A DNA stretch of 64,000 nt from Akkermansia muciniphila (GTDB lineage Bacteria > Verrucomicrobiota > Verrucomicrobiia > Opitutales > Opitutaceae): contig CAMCZZ010000007.1 in assembly GCA_945888375.1 (NCBI GenBank), positions 689 to 64,688 on the forward strand. Reading direction: 5' to 3'. The notes beneath the pieces are model-generated. The model saw only the letters and a list, made by a program, of their open reading frames with translations, did not search any database and was not told where the DNA came from. The position numbers were made by a program, and so were the translations under genes. The first letter of the stretch is position 1. Every line of letters begins with the position of its first letter. This document shows positions 38,979 to 48,220 of this stretch, in pieces.

Positions 38979-40166
38979 ATGTTCGACTTCTACTTCGAGC
39001 TCCCGCTCCTCGTCCGCCTGCTCCTCCAGGGCACGGTGGTGATTCTTGTGCTCTTCCCGCTCGCCGCCGCCTGCTCCATGGCCGAGCGCAAGATCTCCGC
39101 GTGGATCCAGGGCCGCCCCGGCCCCAACCGCACGAAGCCGCCACTCGCCGGCTTCCTCGCCCCGCTAGGTCTCGTTGCCAGTATTCCCGTGCTGGGCACT
39201 CTGCTCCAGAAGCTCGGCATTTTCCAACTCGCGGCTGACGGTGGTAAATTCACCTTCAAGGAAGACCCGGTCCCCGGGCACGTGAACAAGTTCTATTTCA
39301 TCCTCGCGCCCATCGCCTCGATGATCCCGGCCCTCTCGACCGTCGCCTTCGTGCCGTTTGGGGCTTATTTTGACGCCGCCGGAGAACTCGTCCCGGTCGC
39401 GCTCGCCAATGTCGACGTCGGCCTGCTCGCCGTCTTCGCCCTTGGTTCCCTCGGTGTCTATTCCCTCATCCTCGCCGGGTGGGCCTCCAATTCGAAGTAT
39501 CCCTTCCTTGGCGGCGTCCGCGCCTCCGCCCAGCTCATTTCCTACGAGCTCTCCATGACCCTCTCGGTCCTGCCGGTTTTTCTCTGGGTCAACGCCCCCG
39601 GCGGCCAGGGCACGCTCAGCCTTTTTGACGTCGTGCAAAGCCAGAGCCAGCCCGGCTTCTGGGGCGGCACGTGGTATGTCATGACCATGCCGGTTTCGGC
39701 GTTTATCTTCCTGATCGCCCTCTTCGCTGAGACCAACCGCCAGCCCTTTGACATGCCCGAGTCCGAGGCCGACCTCGTCGGCGGCTTCCATACCGAATAC
39801 GGCGCCTTCAAGTGGTCGCTCTTTTTCGTCGCCGAATACGCCCACATGATCGTCGGCTCCGGGATCTTCTGCCTGCTCTTCCTCGGCGGCTGGAATCCTC
39901 TGCCCTGGGTGCCGCTGGCCACGGTGATCGACTGGCTCGGTTTCCTTCCCTTCGCCGCCCACCCGCTCTTTGTCGGCCTGCTTTCCATCACGCTGTTTTT
40001 GGGAAAAGTCGGCTTCTTCATCTTCTTCTTCATGTGGGTGCGCTGGACGCTGCCCCGTTTCCGCTACGACCAAGTGATGACCCTCGGCTGGAAAAAGCTC
40101 CTCCCGCTTTCCATCGCCAATCTCATCGTCTATGCCCTCGGCATCGCCTGGCTCCAGACCCGCTGA
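38979..40166 (+). CDS. nuoH: NADH-quinone oxidoreductase subunit H
   Basis: AERKISAWIQGRPGPNR, AETNRQPFDMPESEADLVGGFHTEY. Confidence 0.92.
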   Translation: MFDFYFELPLLVRLLLQGTVVILVLFPLAAACSMAERKISAWIQGRPGPNRTKPPLAGFLAPLGLVASIPVLGTLLQKLGIFQLAADGGKFTFKEDPVPGHVNKFYFILAPIASMIPALSTVAFVPFGAYFDAAGELVPVALANVDVGLLAVFALGSLGVYSLILAGWASNSKYPFLGGVRASAQLISYELSMTLSVLPVFLWVNAPGGQGTLSLFDVVQSQSQPGFWGGTWYVMTMPVSAFIFLIALFAETNRQPFDMPESEADLVGGFHTEYGAFKWSLFFVAEYAHMIVGSGIFCLLFLGGWNPLPWVPLATVIDWLGFLPFAAHPLFVGLLSITLFLGKVGFFIFFFMWVRWTLPRFRYDQVMTLGWKKLLPLSIANLIVYALGIAWLQTR

Positions 40167-40208
40167 CCGGGATTAACCTCAACCTTTCAACTTAAACTTT
40201 AGCCCTCC

Positions 40209-40760
40209 ATGGCCGTCGTCACCGTCGAACGAAAACCGCTCACCTTTCTGGAGCGCACCTACCTGCCCAACATCGCCGCCGGGCTTGCGACTACCTTCAA
40301 GCGCATGGTCCAGCCGGTCGAGACCCTCGAATACCCCGAGCAGCGCCCGGCCATCCCCGCCGGCTATCGCGGCGTGCCCACCCTTGTTTACGATCCCAAC
40401 GGTCGCGAAAAGTGCGTGTCCTGCCAGCTTTGCGAATTCGTCTGCCCGCCCAAGGCCATCCGCATCACCCCCGGCGAAATCGCCCACGACGACGCCAACG
40501 CCCACGTTGAAAAGCGTCCCGAGGAGTTCAAAATCGATATGCTTCGCTGCATTTACTGCGGCCTATGCCAGGAAGTCTGCCCCGAGGAGGCCATCTGGCT
40601 ACAAAACCAATACTCCATGACCGGCTACACCCGCGAGGAGATGGTCAACGACAAGAAACGCCTCTACGAACTCGGCGGCACCCTGCCCGACACCCACTTC
40701 AAGTGGGACAAGAAAAAGGCCGCCGAGGAGGCCGCCGCGCACGGCGGAGCACATCATTGA
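40209..40760 (+). CDS. nuoI: NADH-quinone oxidoreductase subunit I (2x 4Fe-4S)
   Basis: CVSCQLCEFVCP and CIYCGLCQEVCP ferredoxin motifs. Confidence 0.92.
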   Translation: MAVVTVERKPLTFLERTYLPNIAAGLATTFKRMVQPVETLEYPEQRPAIPAGYRGVPTLVYDPNGREKCVSCQLCEFVCPPKAIRITPGEIAHDDANAHVEKRPEEFKIDMLRCIYCGLCQEVCPEEAIWLQNQYSMTGYTREEMVNDKKRLYELGGTLPDTHFKWDKKKAAEEAAAHGGAHH

Positions 40761-40777
40761 TGCGCTGTTCAAGCCGT

Positions 40778-40902
40778 CCCAAGTCAAAGGTCTGAAAGTC
40801 CAAAGTAGCCACCTTCGCTTCGCTCAAAACCGACACCAATAGGGGACGCCCCAGCGCCCCGGACTCGACCTTCCGACCTTAAACCTTTCGACCTTCGACT
40901 TT
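40778..40902. repeat. Intercistronic inverted-repeat element, family C copy 1 (nuoI/nuoJ gap)
   Basis: Left arm CCCAAGTCAAAGGTCTGAAAGTCCAAAGT, right arm CCTTTCGACCTTCGACTTT. Conserved centre CACCTTCGCTTCGCTCAAAACC. Confidence 0.8.
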
Positions 40903-40910
40903 AATTCAGC

Positions 40911-41426
40911 ATGTCCGACCTCCTTTTCCACCTTTTTGCCCTCCTTTCCGTGGCCTGCGCCCTCGGCGTGGTGTTTAACAAGAACGCCGTCGCCTCCGCG
41001 CTCTGCTTCCTCCTCAGCCTCGTGGGCGTGGCCGGCCTCTTCGTGCTGCTCGACGCCTTCCTTCTCGCGGTCCTCCTGGTCCTGGTCTACGCCGGCGCGG
41101 TCGTCGCCTTGTTCCTCTTCATCATCATGTTGCTGGATATGCAGGGCGGTGACCGCAAACGGTTCACCAAGGCCACCCTCCTTTCCTCGACGGTCGCCGC
41201 CGGGTTGTTGGTGACGGGCTTGGTTTCCTTTGCCTCGCACGGCCTGGTCGAGACCGCCGACCCCGCCACGGTCAAGGTCGTGGGCTCCAGCCTTCGCGCC
41301 TATGCCGAACAGTTGTTTACGGTGTATCTCTTGCCGGTGCAAATCGTTGGTTTTCTTCTGCTTATCGCCATGCTTGGCGTGATCGTCCTGAGCAAAAAGT
41401 TCGAGGGCCTCGAAGACGTGAAGTAG
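40911..41426 (+). CDS. nuoJ: NADH-quinone oxidoreductase subunit J
   Basis: 171 aa, 5-TM hydrophobic protein with [19 protein letters not shown]. Position in the operon. Confidence 0.85.
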   Translation: MSDLLFHLFALLSVACALGVVFNKNAVASALCFLLSLVGVAGLFVLLDAFLLAVLLVLVYAGAVVALFLFIIMLLDMQGGDRKRFTKATLLSSTVAAGLLVTGLVSFASHGLVETADPATVKVVGSSLRAYAEQLFTVYLLPVQIVGFLLLIAMLGVIVLSKKFEGLEDVK

Positions 41427-41436
41427 TCGGACCCGA

Positions 41437-41467
41437 CCTACTCGCTACCCGCTACTCACTACCCGCT
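41437..41467 (+). repeat. Shared pyrimidine-rich leader repeat, family D copy 2 (nuoJ/nuoK gap)
   Basis: CCTACTCGCTACCCGCTACTCAC followed by TACCCGCT (an internal CTAC(C)CGCT reiteration). Confidence 0.8.
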
Positions 41468-41484
41468 CCTTTTCCCTTTCCGCC

Positions 41485-41826
41485 ATGTCCCCCCTTCCGC
41501 TCGCCGCGCTGTCCGGTCCCTTCGCCGTCTCGCTCAACGCCTACCTTTATCTCGCCGCCGTGCTATTCGCGGTCGGGTTCTTCGGTGTGTTGCTGCGGAA
41601 AAATACCCTCGTGATCTACATGTGCCTCGAGCTCATGCTGGTCGCCAGCACGGTGGCCCTGGTCGCCTTTTCCCGCTACAACGGCGTGCTCGATGGCAAC
41701 GTCTTCGTGTTTTTCATCCTGACCGTCGCCGCCGCCGAAGTCGCGGTCGGCCTCGCCATCATCGTGGCCCTCTTCCGCCGTCGCCAGACGGTGCAGGTCG
41801 AGGAGCTGAATGCCCTGAAGAACTGA
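41485..41826 (+). CDS. nuoK: NADH-quinone oxidoreductase subunit K
   Basis: 113 aa, 3-TM protein. [35 protein letters not shown]. Confidence 0.88.
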   Translation: MSPLPLAALSGPFAVSLNAYLYLAAVLFAVGFFGVLLRKNTLVIYMCLELMLVASTVALVAFSRYNGVLDGNVFVFFILTVAAAEVAVGLAIIVALFRRRQTVQVEELNALKN

Positions 41827-41848
41827 GTTTTCGCTCCGACCAAAACCT

Positions 41849-41944
41849 AAGCGCGAAGACGCAAAGACGCTAAGTTAAACCCGTTCAACAGTATCCCAAT
41901 TACTTCCCGTCATCCGACCTTAGCGCCTTAGCGTCTTCGCGCTT
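41849..41944. repeat. Intercistronic inverted-repeat element, family B copy 2 (nuoK/nuoL gap)
   Basis: Left arm AAGCGCGAAGACGCAAAGACGCTAAG, right arm CTTAGCGCCTTAGCGTCTTCGCGCTT. The flanks (TAAGTT..AAACCC, GCGCTTCAA.TCTTT) are also shared with copy 1. Confidence 0.85.
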
Positions 41945-41971
41945 CAATTCTTTTCTCCGCTCCCTTTTCCG

Positions 41972-43858
41972 ATGTTCCAGAATCCGACCCAGCTCGCCCA
42001 ACTCGTGTTCCTGCTGCCGCTCGCCTCGGCCGCCGTGATCGCGCTCACCCTCCGCCGCCAGGGCAACATCGCCGCGCTGGTCTCCACCTTCACGGCCGCG
42101 CTTATCGCCGCCGGCGGCCTGTTCCTCGCCTTTACCGGTGCGCGCTTCACCGCCTCCACCGAGTGGCTGACCCTCGGTTCGTTTACCCTCTCGCTCGGCC
42201 TCAAGTTCGACGATTTGTCTGCCCTCATGCTGAGCATCGTCGGCGTCATCGGACTGTGCGTCCACGTGTTCTCGCTTGGCTACATGCACGATGACGACGC
42301 CAAGGCCCGCTACTTTGGCGGCTTGTCCCTCTTCATGTTCGCCATGCTGGGCATCGTTTTCGCGGACAATCTGTTCATGATGTTCATTTTCTGGGAGCTG
42401 GTCGGCCTCGGCTCCTACGTCTTGATCAACCACTATCACTTCAAGGCCAGCGCCGCCGACGCGGCCAAGAAGGCCTTCATCGTCAACCGCGTGGGTGATT
42501 TCGGTTACCTGTGCGGCATTCTGCTCTGCTACCACTTCTATGGCACGGTGAACCTGACCGAGCTGGCCAACCATTCCGCGTCCGGCGCCATGCCGGTGCA
42601 CAACCTCATCCCGCTCCTGCTCTTCTGTGGCGCGGTCGGCAAATCCGCCCAGGTGCCCTTGCATGTCTGGTTACCGGATGCGATGGAGGGCCCGACGCCA
42701 GTCTCCGCGCTCATTCACGCGGCCACGATGGTTGCGGCCGGCATTTTTATGCTGTGCCGGATCGAGCCGCTCTTCGCCCTCGCACCCCAGGCCTTGACCA
42801 TTGTCATGTGGGTCGGCGCCGGCACCGCGCTCTACGCCGCGCTCTGCGCCGTCACCCAGAGCGACATCAAAAAGGTCCTAGCGTATTCGACTCTCTCGCA
42901 GCTCGGCTACATGGTCGCGGCCTTTGGTCTCGGTTCGCTCAAGGTCGCCCAGGGGGAGGCCGGCGCGCCCGAGGTATTGCTTACCGCCGGAGTCGGTGCG
43001 GCGATGTTCCACCTCACCACCCACGCCTTCTTCAAGGCCCTGATGTTCCTCGGCTCCGGCTCCGTCATCCACGGCTGCCACCACGAGCAGGACATCTTCA
43101 AAATGGGCGGCCTGTCCAAGAAGATGCCCCTGACCTTCGCGACCTTCACCCTTGGTGTGCTCGCCATCATCGGTTTCCCCGGGCTCGCCGGTTTCTTCTC
43201 CAAGGACGCCATCCTCTATCTCGCGATGGAGAAGAACACCGCCGTCTTTGCCATCCTCTGCCTTACTGCCGTGCTCACCGCCTTCTACATGGTGCGCCTC
43301 TGGAAGCTGGTTTTCCTCGGCTCCGCCCGCTCCGACGCCGCCGCCCACGCTCATGAGGGCGGCCTTAGCATGAGCCTCCCCCTGGTAGTGCTCGCGATTC
43401 TCTCGGTTATCGGCGGTTACGAGGCGATTTACGGCGGCCACTTTGAGGGGGTCCTTAGCCAGATCGCCCACCCACACGGTTCCGCCCACACGATTATATT
43501 CGGGGTTTCCCTCGCTGTCATGGCGCTCGGCGCGGGTGCGGCCTATTTCTTTTATCAGACCAAAACCGAAGATACGCTGGCCACCAAGGTTCCCGCTGCC
43601 TTCGTCGGGCTCGTCGCCCTGCAAAAATCCTTCGACGCCGCTTACGATTACTATGTGGCCAAGATCCAGCAGCGTTTTGCGTTGGTGCTCAACTATATCG
43701 ACCTCATTGGTATCTCCGGTGTGATCGTCCGCGGCAGCGCCGGGGTCGCCGGCCTGTTCGGCCTGGCCGCCCGCGCCCTGCATACGGGCAGCATTCACGC
43801 CTACGTTTACTGGTTCCTTGGCGGCTCCGTGGTCCTCTGGTTCTTCGCCACCCGCTGA
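41972..43858 (+). CDS. nuoL: NADH-quinone oxidoreductase subunit L
   Basis: 628 aa antiporter-like subunit. GKSAQVPLHVWLPDAMEGPTPVSALIHAATMV. Confidence 0.92.
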   Translation: MFQNPTQLAQLVFLLPLASAAVIALTLRRQGNIAALVSTFTAALIAAGGLFLAFTGARFTASTEWLTLGSFTLSLGLKFDDLSALMLSIVGVIGLCVHVFSLGYMHDDDAKARYFGGLSLFMFAMLGIVFADNLFMMFIFWELVGLGSYVLINHYHFKASAADAAKKAFIVNRVGDFGYLCGILLCYHFYGTVNLTELANHSASGAMPVHNLIPLLLFCGAVGKSAQVPLHVWLPDAMEGPTPVSALIHAATMVAAGIFMLCRIEPLFALAPQALTIVMWVGAGTALYAALCAVTQSDIKKVLAYSTLSQLGYMVAAFGLGSLKVAQGEAGAPEVLLTAGVGAAMFHLTTHAFFKALMFLGSGSVIHGCHHEQDIFKMGGLSKKMPLTFATFTLGVLAIIGFPGLAGFFSKDAILYLAMEKNTAVFAILCLTAVLTAFYMVRLWKLVFLGSARSDAAAHAHEGGLSMSLPLVVLAILSVIGGYEAIYGGHFEGVLSQIAHPHGSAHTIIFGVSLAVMALGAGAAYFFYQTKTEDTLATKVPAAFVGLVALQKSFDAAYDYYVAKIQQRFALVLNYIDLIGISGVIVRGSAGVAGLFGLAARALHTGSIHAYVYWFLGGSVVLWFFATR

Positions 43859-43876
43859 GCTGGTTTCTCCAACCGT

Positions 43877-43997
43877 CTCAAGTCCAAGGTCAAAAGTCCC
43901 AAGTCGTCACCTTCGCCACGCTCAAACCTCATTCGCCAATTGGCCGCACCGGCGGCCCGCCCCGACCTTTAGCCCTTAGCCTTTTCGACCTTCGACT
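43877..43997. repeat. Intercistronic inverted-repeat element, family C copy 2 (nuoL/nuoM gap)
   Basis: Left arm CTCAAGTCCAAGGTCAAAAGTCCCAAGTCG, right arm CCTTTTCGACCTTCGACT. Centre CACCTTCGCCACGCTCAAACC matches copy 1. Confidence 0.8.
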
Positions 43998-44024
43998 CTC
44001 GTTTTCCTCCTCTTTCTTCCCGCC

Positions 44025-45515
44025 GTGCCCGACCTCCTTCTCCTCTCCATCCTCGCGCCTCTGGCTGCCGCCCTCCTGCTGCTGGTCCCTGCGCCCCTCG
44101 CCGCGCGCAAGTTTATTGCCGGCGTTGGCTTTGCCATCCCCGCTTTGATCGCGCTCTATCTCTGGAGCCAGTTTAACCCCACGGGCGGGGCCAGTTACCA
44201 TTTTGTGAGCCGATACGATACCGGCCTGAAGGATGCCCTGGGTATCACGCTTTACCTCGGGCTCAACGGCATCGCTCTGCCCTTGTTTGTGCTTGCTGGG
44301 GTGGTCGGTCTGGCCGCCGGGCTCTACGCCATCCAGTCCAAGGCCGAGCGTCTGCCGCTCTATCTGGGGCTCCTGCTCGTCATGCAGGCCGGCCTGATGG
44401 GCGTTTTTGCCAGCATGGATGTCTTCTTCTTCTACTTCTTCCACGAGCTCGCGCTCATTCCGACCTTTATCATGGTTGGCGTCTGGGGTGGACGGGATCG
44501 CGGTTACGCTGCGATGAAGCTCACTATCTACCTGACCCTAGGCGCGATGCTTTCCTTGATCGGCCTTATCGCCATCTATCAGCAGAGTGGAGCCGAGACC
44601 TTTGATCTTCTGGCGCTGCGCCAGGAGCTCGCCCATGGCTCGCTCGCCGCCGGTGAGCAAAAGACGATTTTCGGCCTGTTGCTGGTGGGCTTCGGCATTT
44701 TGGTGTCGCTCTTCCCCTTTCATACGTGGGCTCCGCTTGGCTATGGCGCCGCGCCAAGTTCGGCCGCGATGCTGCACGCTGGTGTTTTGAAAAAGTTTGG
44801 CCTCTACGGTCTCATCCAGATCGCCCTGCCTCTACTTCCCGAGGGTGTAGGCCACTGGGTCGGTTGGCTGGCTTTGCTCGCGGTCGGCGGCAACGTCCTC
44901 TACATCGGGTTTGTGACTATCGCCCAGCGCGACCTGAAGCAGATGATCGGTTACAGCTCGGTTATGCACATGGGCTATGCCTTCCTTGGTATTGCCGCCT
45001 ATAACACCATCGGGCTCGGCGGGGTTGTCTTGATGATGGTCGCCCACGGGCTTTCGGTCGCTCTTTTGTTTCTGCTCTCGACCAGCATTTATCACCGCAC
45101 CCAGACCTTCGACATGGATGACATGGGCGGTCTCGCGCAAAAGGCTCCGGTCCTGGCGGCCTTCTTTGTCACCGCGACCATGGCCAGCATCGGACTGCCT
45201 GGCTTGGCTAACTTTTGGGGTGAACTCGCGATCTTCGTCGGTGCGTGGAAGTTCTCCGCGGTTTACACTACGCTTGCCGTTTCCGGGGTGATCATCTCCG
45301 CCGTCTATGGTCTGCGTTCGGTGGCCCGGATTTTCTTCGGCCCGGTGACGCCGGCCTTTGCCAAGGTCTCGGCTGAGAAGGCCCCGGCCGATCTGGCCTG
45401 GGGAGAGAAAATGCCCGCCCTCCTCCTGCTTGTCGCGCTGTTGGCGATCGGTTTCTGGCCAAAGAGTCTCTCCACCCCGGTCGATACCGCCATCACCGCC
45501 ACTTTCCGCAAGTAA
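44025..45515 (+). CDS. nuoM: NADH-quinone oxidoreductase subunit M
   Basis: 496 aa. FFFYFFHELALIPTFIMVGVWGG, FPFHTWAPLGYGAAPSSAAMLHAGVLKK. GTG start at 44025. Confidence 0.9.
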   Translation: MPDLLLLSILAPLAAALLLLVPAPLAARKFIAGVGFAIPALIALYLWSQFNPTGGASYHFVSRYDTGLKDALGITLYLGLNGIALPLFVLAGVVGLAAGLYAIQSKAERLPLYLGLLLVMQAGLMGVFASMDVFFFYFFHELALIPTFIMVGVWGGRDRGYAAMKLTIYLTLGAMLSLIGLIAIYQQSGAETFDLLALRQELAHGSLAAGEQKTIFGLLLVGFGILVSLFPFHTWAPLGYGAAPSSAAMLHAGVLKKFGLYGLIQIALPLLPEGVGHWVGWLALLAVGGNVLYIGFVTIAQRDLKQMIGYSSVMHMGYAFLGIAAYNTIGLGGVVLMMVAHGLSVALLFLLSTSIYHRTQTFDMDDMGGLAQKAPVLAAFFVTATMASIGLPGLANFWGELAIFVGAWKFSAVYTTLAVSGVIISAVYGLRSVARIFFGPVTPAFAKVSAEKAPADLAWGEKMPALLLLVALLAIGFWPKSLSTPVDTAITATFRK

Positions 45516-45560
45516 ACCGGCCGCGTTTCCCTTTCGCTCACCTTTCTTCCCTTTCGGCCC

Positions 45561-47084
45561 ATGACTATTGACCAACTTCAAGCCGCCGCCGCCAACAATC
45601 TCTGGGCTGCGATCACTCCCGAGATCGCGCTCGGCGTGCTCGCGCTCCTGCTGCTCGGCCTTGAGATGCTCCTACCCAAGGCCCGCCATGCCATCATCCC
45701 GGCCTGCGCCATCGCCGGCCAGCTCGGTATCCTCGCCGCCCTCGCCCTGAACTTTACCGCGACGCCCTACCTCGACCGCGACACCTTCAACGGCCTGCTC
45801 CACCACTCCCGTGACGGCCAATACCTGCGCGCCTTTTTCTTGGTCAGCTCCATCCTTGTCTCGATCCTCGGGGTGGTCGCGCTGGCCAGGCAGAAGATGC
45901 CCCGGGTGGAGTTTTTCCATATCGTGCTGGTCGTCACCGCCGCGATGATGTTGCTGGCCCAGTCGGCCAACTTTGTCCTGCTCTTTGTCGCCCTCGAGAC
46001 CATTACGGTCGGTTTCTACATCCTCGTCAGCTACACCCGCGCCAACCCGCTCTCGCTTGAGGCCGGCCTGAAATACCTCGTTCTCGGCGCGCTCAGTTCC
46101 GCCATTCTGCTTTTCGGCATCGTTTTGCTCTACGGCGTGTCCGGTAACCCCAATGCGCTCGGCTCCACTGACGCTCCCATGAGCTACGCGGGCGTGCACC
46201 AGTTTCTTAAGGCCAATCCCGACAATTTCCTCGCTTCCGTGGGCATCGTGTTCGTCCTGGCCGGTATCGCCTTCAAGATCGGTGCCGTGCCCTTCCAGAT
46301 CTGGATCCCTGATGTTTACCAAGGCGCACCGACTCCCGTCACCGCCTTCTTGGCCGTAGCTTCCAAGGCTGCCGGTTTCGCCGTGCTGATCGGCCTGTTG
46401 CCGGTCTTCCAGCCCTACGCCGGACTCGTTACCACCGTGCTCTCGATCATGGCCGGCGCGACCATTCTCTTTGGCAACCTCGCCGCCCTTACCCAGCACA
46501 ACGTTAAGCGTTTGTTGGGACTTTCCGGTGTGTCCCACGCCGGCTACTTGCTGATGGGGGTCGTCGCCGCCCAGACCCTGCCTCAAGCCGTTGGGGCAAT
46601 CTATTTCTACCTGTTTGCCTACTTGTTGGCCTCCTTCGCGGTGTTTGCCGTCATGACGCATGTCGCCGGGGTGAATGATGCTGAACAGGATCTCGACCAC
46701 TACGCCGATTTTGCCAAAAAACGACCCTACCTCGCCGGGGTTTTGGCCATCGGTCTCGGTTCGCTCGCCGGCATTCCTCCACTGGCCGGCTTCATGGGTA
46801 AATTGCTGGTCTTTATCGCCGCCTTCAAGGCCGGTCTGTATCCCTTGTTGGCCATCGCGATTGTGGGTGTCGTGCTCTCGATTTACTATTATTTCGGCTG
46901 GATCAAGGCCGCCTATTTCAGCTCCTGGCGCCCGCCCCTTGCGCCCGGGGAGGCGGAACCCGCCGAGGCCGCCGTGACCCCGGTCGGCTTGTCCGCGGGT
47001 ATCGCTCTCGGCGCGCTTGCGGTTGGCAGTGTGGTGCTGGGTTTTTTCCAGGGCCCGATCGCCACTTGGCTGCTTTCGCGCTAG
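45561..47084 (+). CDS. nuoN: NADH-quinone oxidoreductase subunit N
   Basis: 507 aa antiporter-like subunit. FKIGAVPFQIWIPDVYQGAPTPVTAFLAV. Last gene of the operon. Confidence 0.9.
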   Translation: MTIDQLQAAAANNLWAAITPEIALGVLALLLLGLEMLLPKARHAIIPACAIAGQLGILAALALNFTATPYLDRDTFNGLLHHSRDGQYLRAFFLVSSILVSILGVVALARQKMPRVEFFHIVLVVTAAMMLLAQSANFVLLFVALETITVGFYILVSYTRANPLSLEAGLKYLVLGALSSAILLFGIVLLYGVSGNPNALGSTDAPMSYAGVHQFLKANPDNFLASVGIVFVLAGIAFKIGAVPFQIWIPDVYQGAPTPVTAFLAVASKAAGFAVLIGLLPVFQPYAGLVTTVLSIMAGATILFGNLAALTQHNVKRLLGLSGVSHAGYLLMGVVAAQTLPQAVGAIYFYLFAYLLASFAVFAVMTHVAGVNDAEQDLDHYADFAKKRPYLAGVLAIGLGSLAGIPPLAGFMGKLLVFIAAFKAGLYPLLAIAIVGVVLSIYYYFGWIKAAYFSSWRPPLAPGEAEPAEAAVTPVGLSAGIALGALAVGSVVLGFFQGPIATWLLSR

Positions 47085-47121
47085 GTCATTTACGATTTCA
47101 TTCTAAGTCCTTCAGATTTTG

Positions 47122-47188
47122 ACCGCAGATTCCGCGCATCAACGCGGACGATCTTTCAGTATCCGTGAACGTCAGCTTAGTCTGCGGT
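47122..47188 (+). terminator. Nested hairpin downstream of nuoN (possible operon terminator or REP-like element)
   Basis: Outer stem ACCGCAGA/TCTGCGGT (47122..47129 with 47181..47188). Inner hairpin TCCGCG-CATCAA-CGCGGA (47131..47148). Only a weak T-tract. TATAAT follows at 47189..47194. Confidence 0.3.
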
Positions 47189-47301
47189 TATAATGCCGGC
47201 GCGGAGCGTCCGGTGGCTTAGAAAGTTGTTCGGAAAGCCCTTGTGGCCTTTGCGGTTCGCCCGGCGGTGGGGAAACTTGAACTTGCGCCAGTTTGCCCTC
47301 G

Positions 47302-48126
47302 ATGCCCTCACCCGCTCCATTTGCGTCCTCCGCCTCGACCCTGCTCCTTGCCGGTGTCGATCTGGCCTGGGGGGAGAAAAACGGGGATGGCGTCTGCCTG
47401 ATCGAGTATCGCCACGCGACCACAGTGGATCCCGCCACTGCGCGCATCTTGGCACACGACCACGTGCGAGGGGACGACGCCCTGTTCCGCGTCCTCGAAT
47501 CCCCGTGCGCCCTTCTGCCCTGCGCGACGGTGGAGTCGCCGGTCCAGCGGTTTTTCGCTTTCGACGCCCCCTTGGTTTGCGCCAACGCCACGGGCCGCCG
47601 TCCGGTTGATGGCTTGGTCAGCGCGGCCTTTCGCGAACAGCACGCGGGTTGTTACCCGGTAAATCTCCGCCTCGCGCCTCGCCCGCTGCGTATTGCCGCC
47701 CGGATGGCGTCCGCCGGGTTTTTGCTCTCTCCTGCTTTACCCACTGCGGCGACGCCCTGGGTGGCGGCGGAGGTGTTTCCCCATCCGGCCTTGGTCCGCT
47801 GGCTCGGTCTCGAACGTATCTTGGAATACAAACGCAAGGCGGGCCGCTCCCGGGCGCGTAGCGATGCCGAGTTTACCCGATTGCAGCGTTCCTTGGCCGG
47901 CTTGTGCGCCTCGCATTTTCCCTACCTGGCCTGGCACGCTGACTCGCCTGCGCTGCTATCTGCGGCGTGGCGCAAGCCGGTCGAGGATCAGTTGGATGCC
48001 TGGGTTTGCGCGCTCATCGCGCTCTGGCATGTCCACCATGCCGGCCGCCGCAGCGAGGTCTTTGGCGATACTGTCACTGGTTTTGTGCTGACGCCAAGCA
48101 GGGGTGCGAACACGGCATCCGGCTAG
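47302..48126 (+). CDS. DUF429-like protein (predicted RNase H-fold)
   Basis: LLLAGVDLAWGEKNG near the N-terminus, FAFDAPLVCANATGRRPVD, EVFPHPALV, EDQLDAWVCALIA: the motif order remembered for DUF429. The start could also be the TTG at 47293. Confidence 0.5.
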   Translation: MPSPAPFASSASTLLLAGVDLAWGEKNGDGVCLIEYRHATTVDPATARILAHDHVRGDDALFRVLESPCALLPCATVESPVQRFFAFDAPLVCANATGRRPVDGLVSAAFREQHAGCYPVNLRLAPRPLRIAARMASAGFLLSPALPTAATPWVAAEVFPHPALVRWLGLERILEYKRKAGRSRARSDAEFTRLQRSLAGLCASHFPYLAWHADSPALLSAAWRKPVEDQLDAWVCALIALWHVHHAGRRSEVFGDTVTGFVLTPSRGANTASG

Positions 48127-48220
48127 GGCGCGACGCCAACGACCAGACGGCTCAACAACGTGCGCGATACACTGCCAGGATAGTCGCGTTATCCGGGCTT
48201 AAACCAAAGGGTAACTGGTA

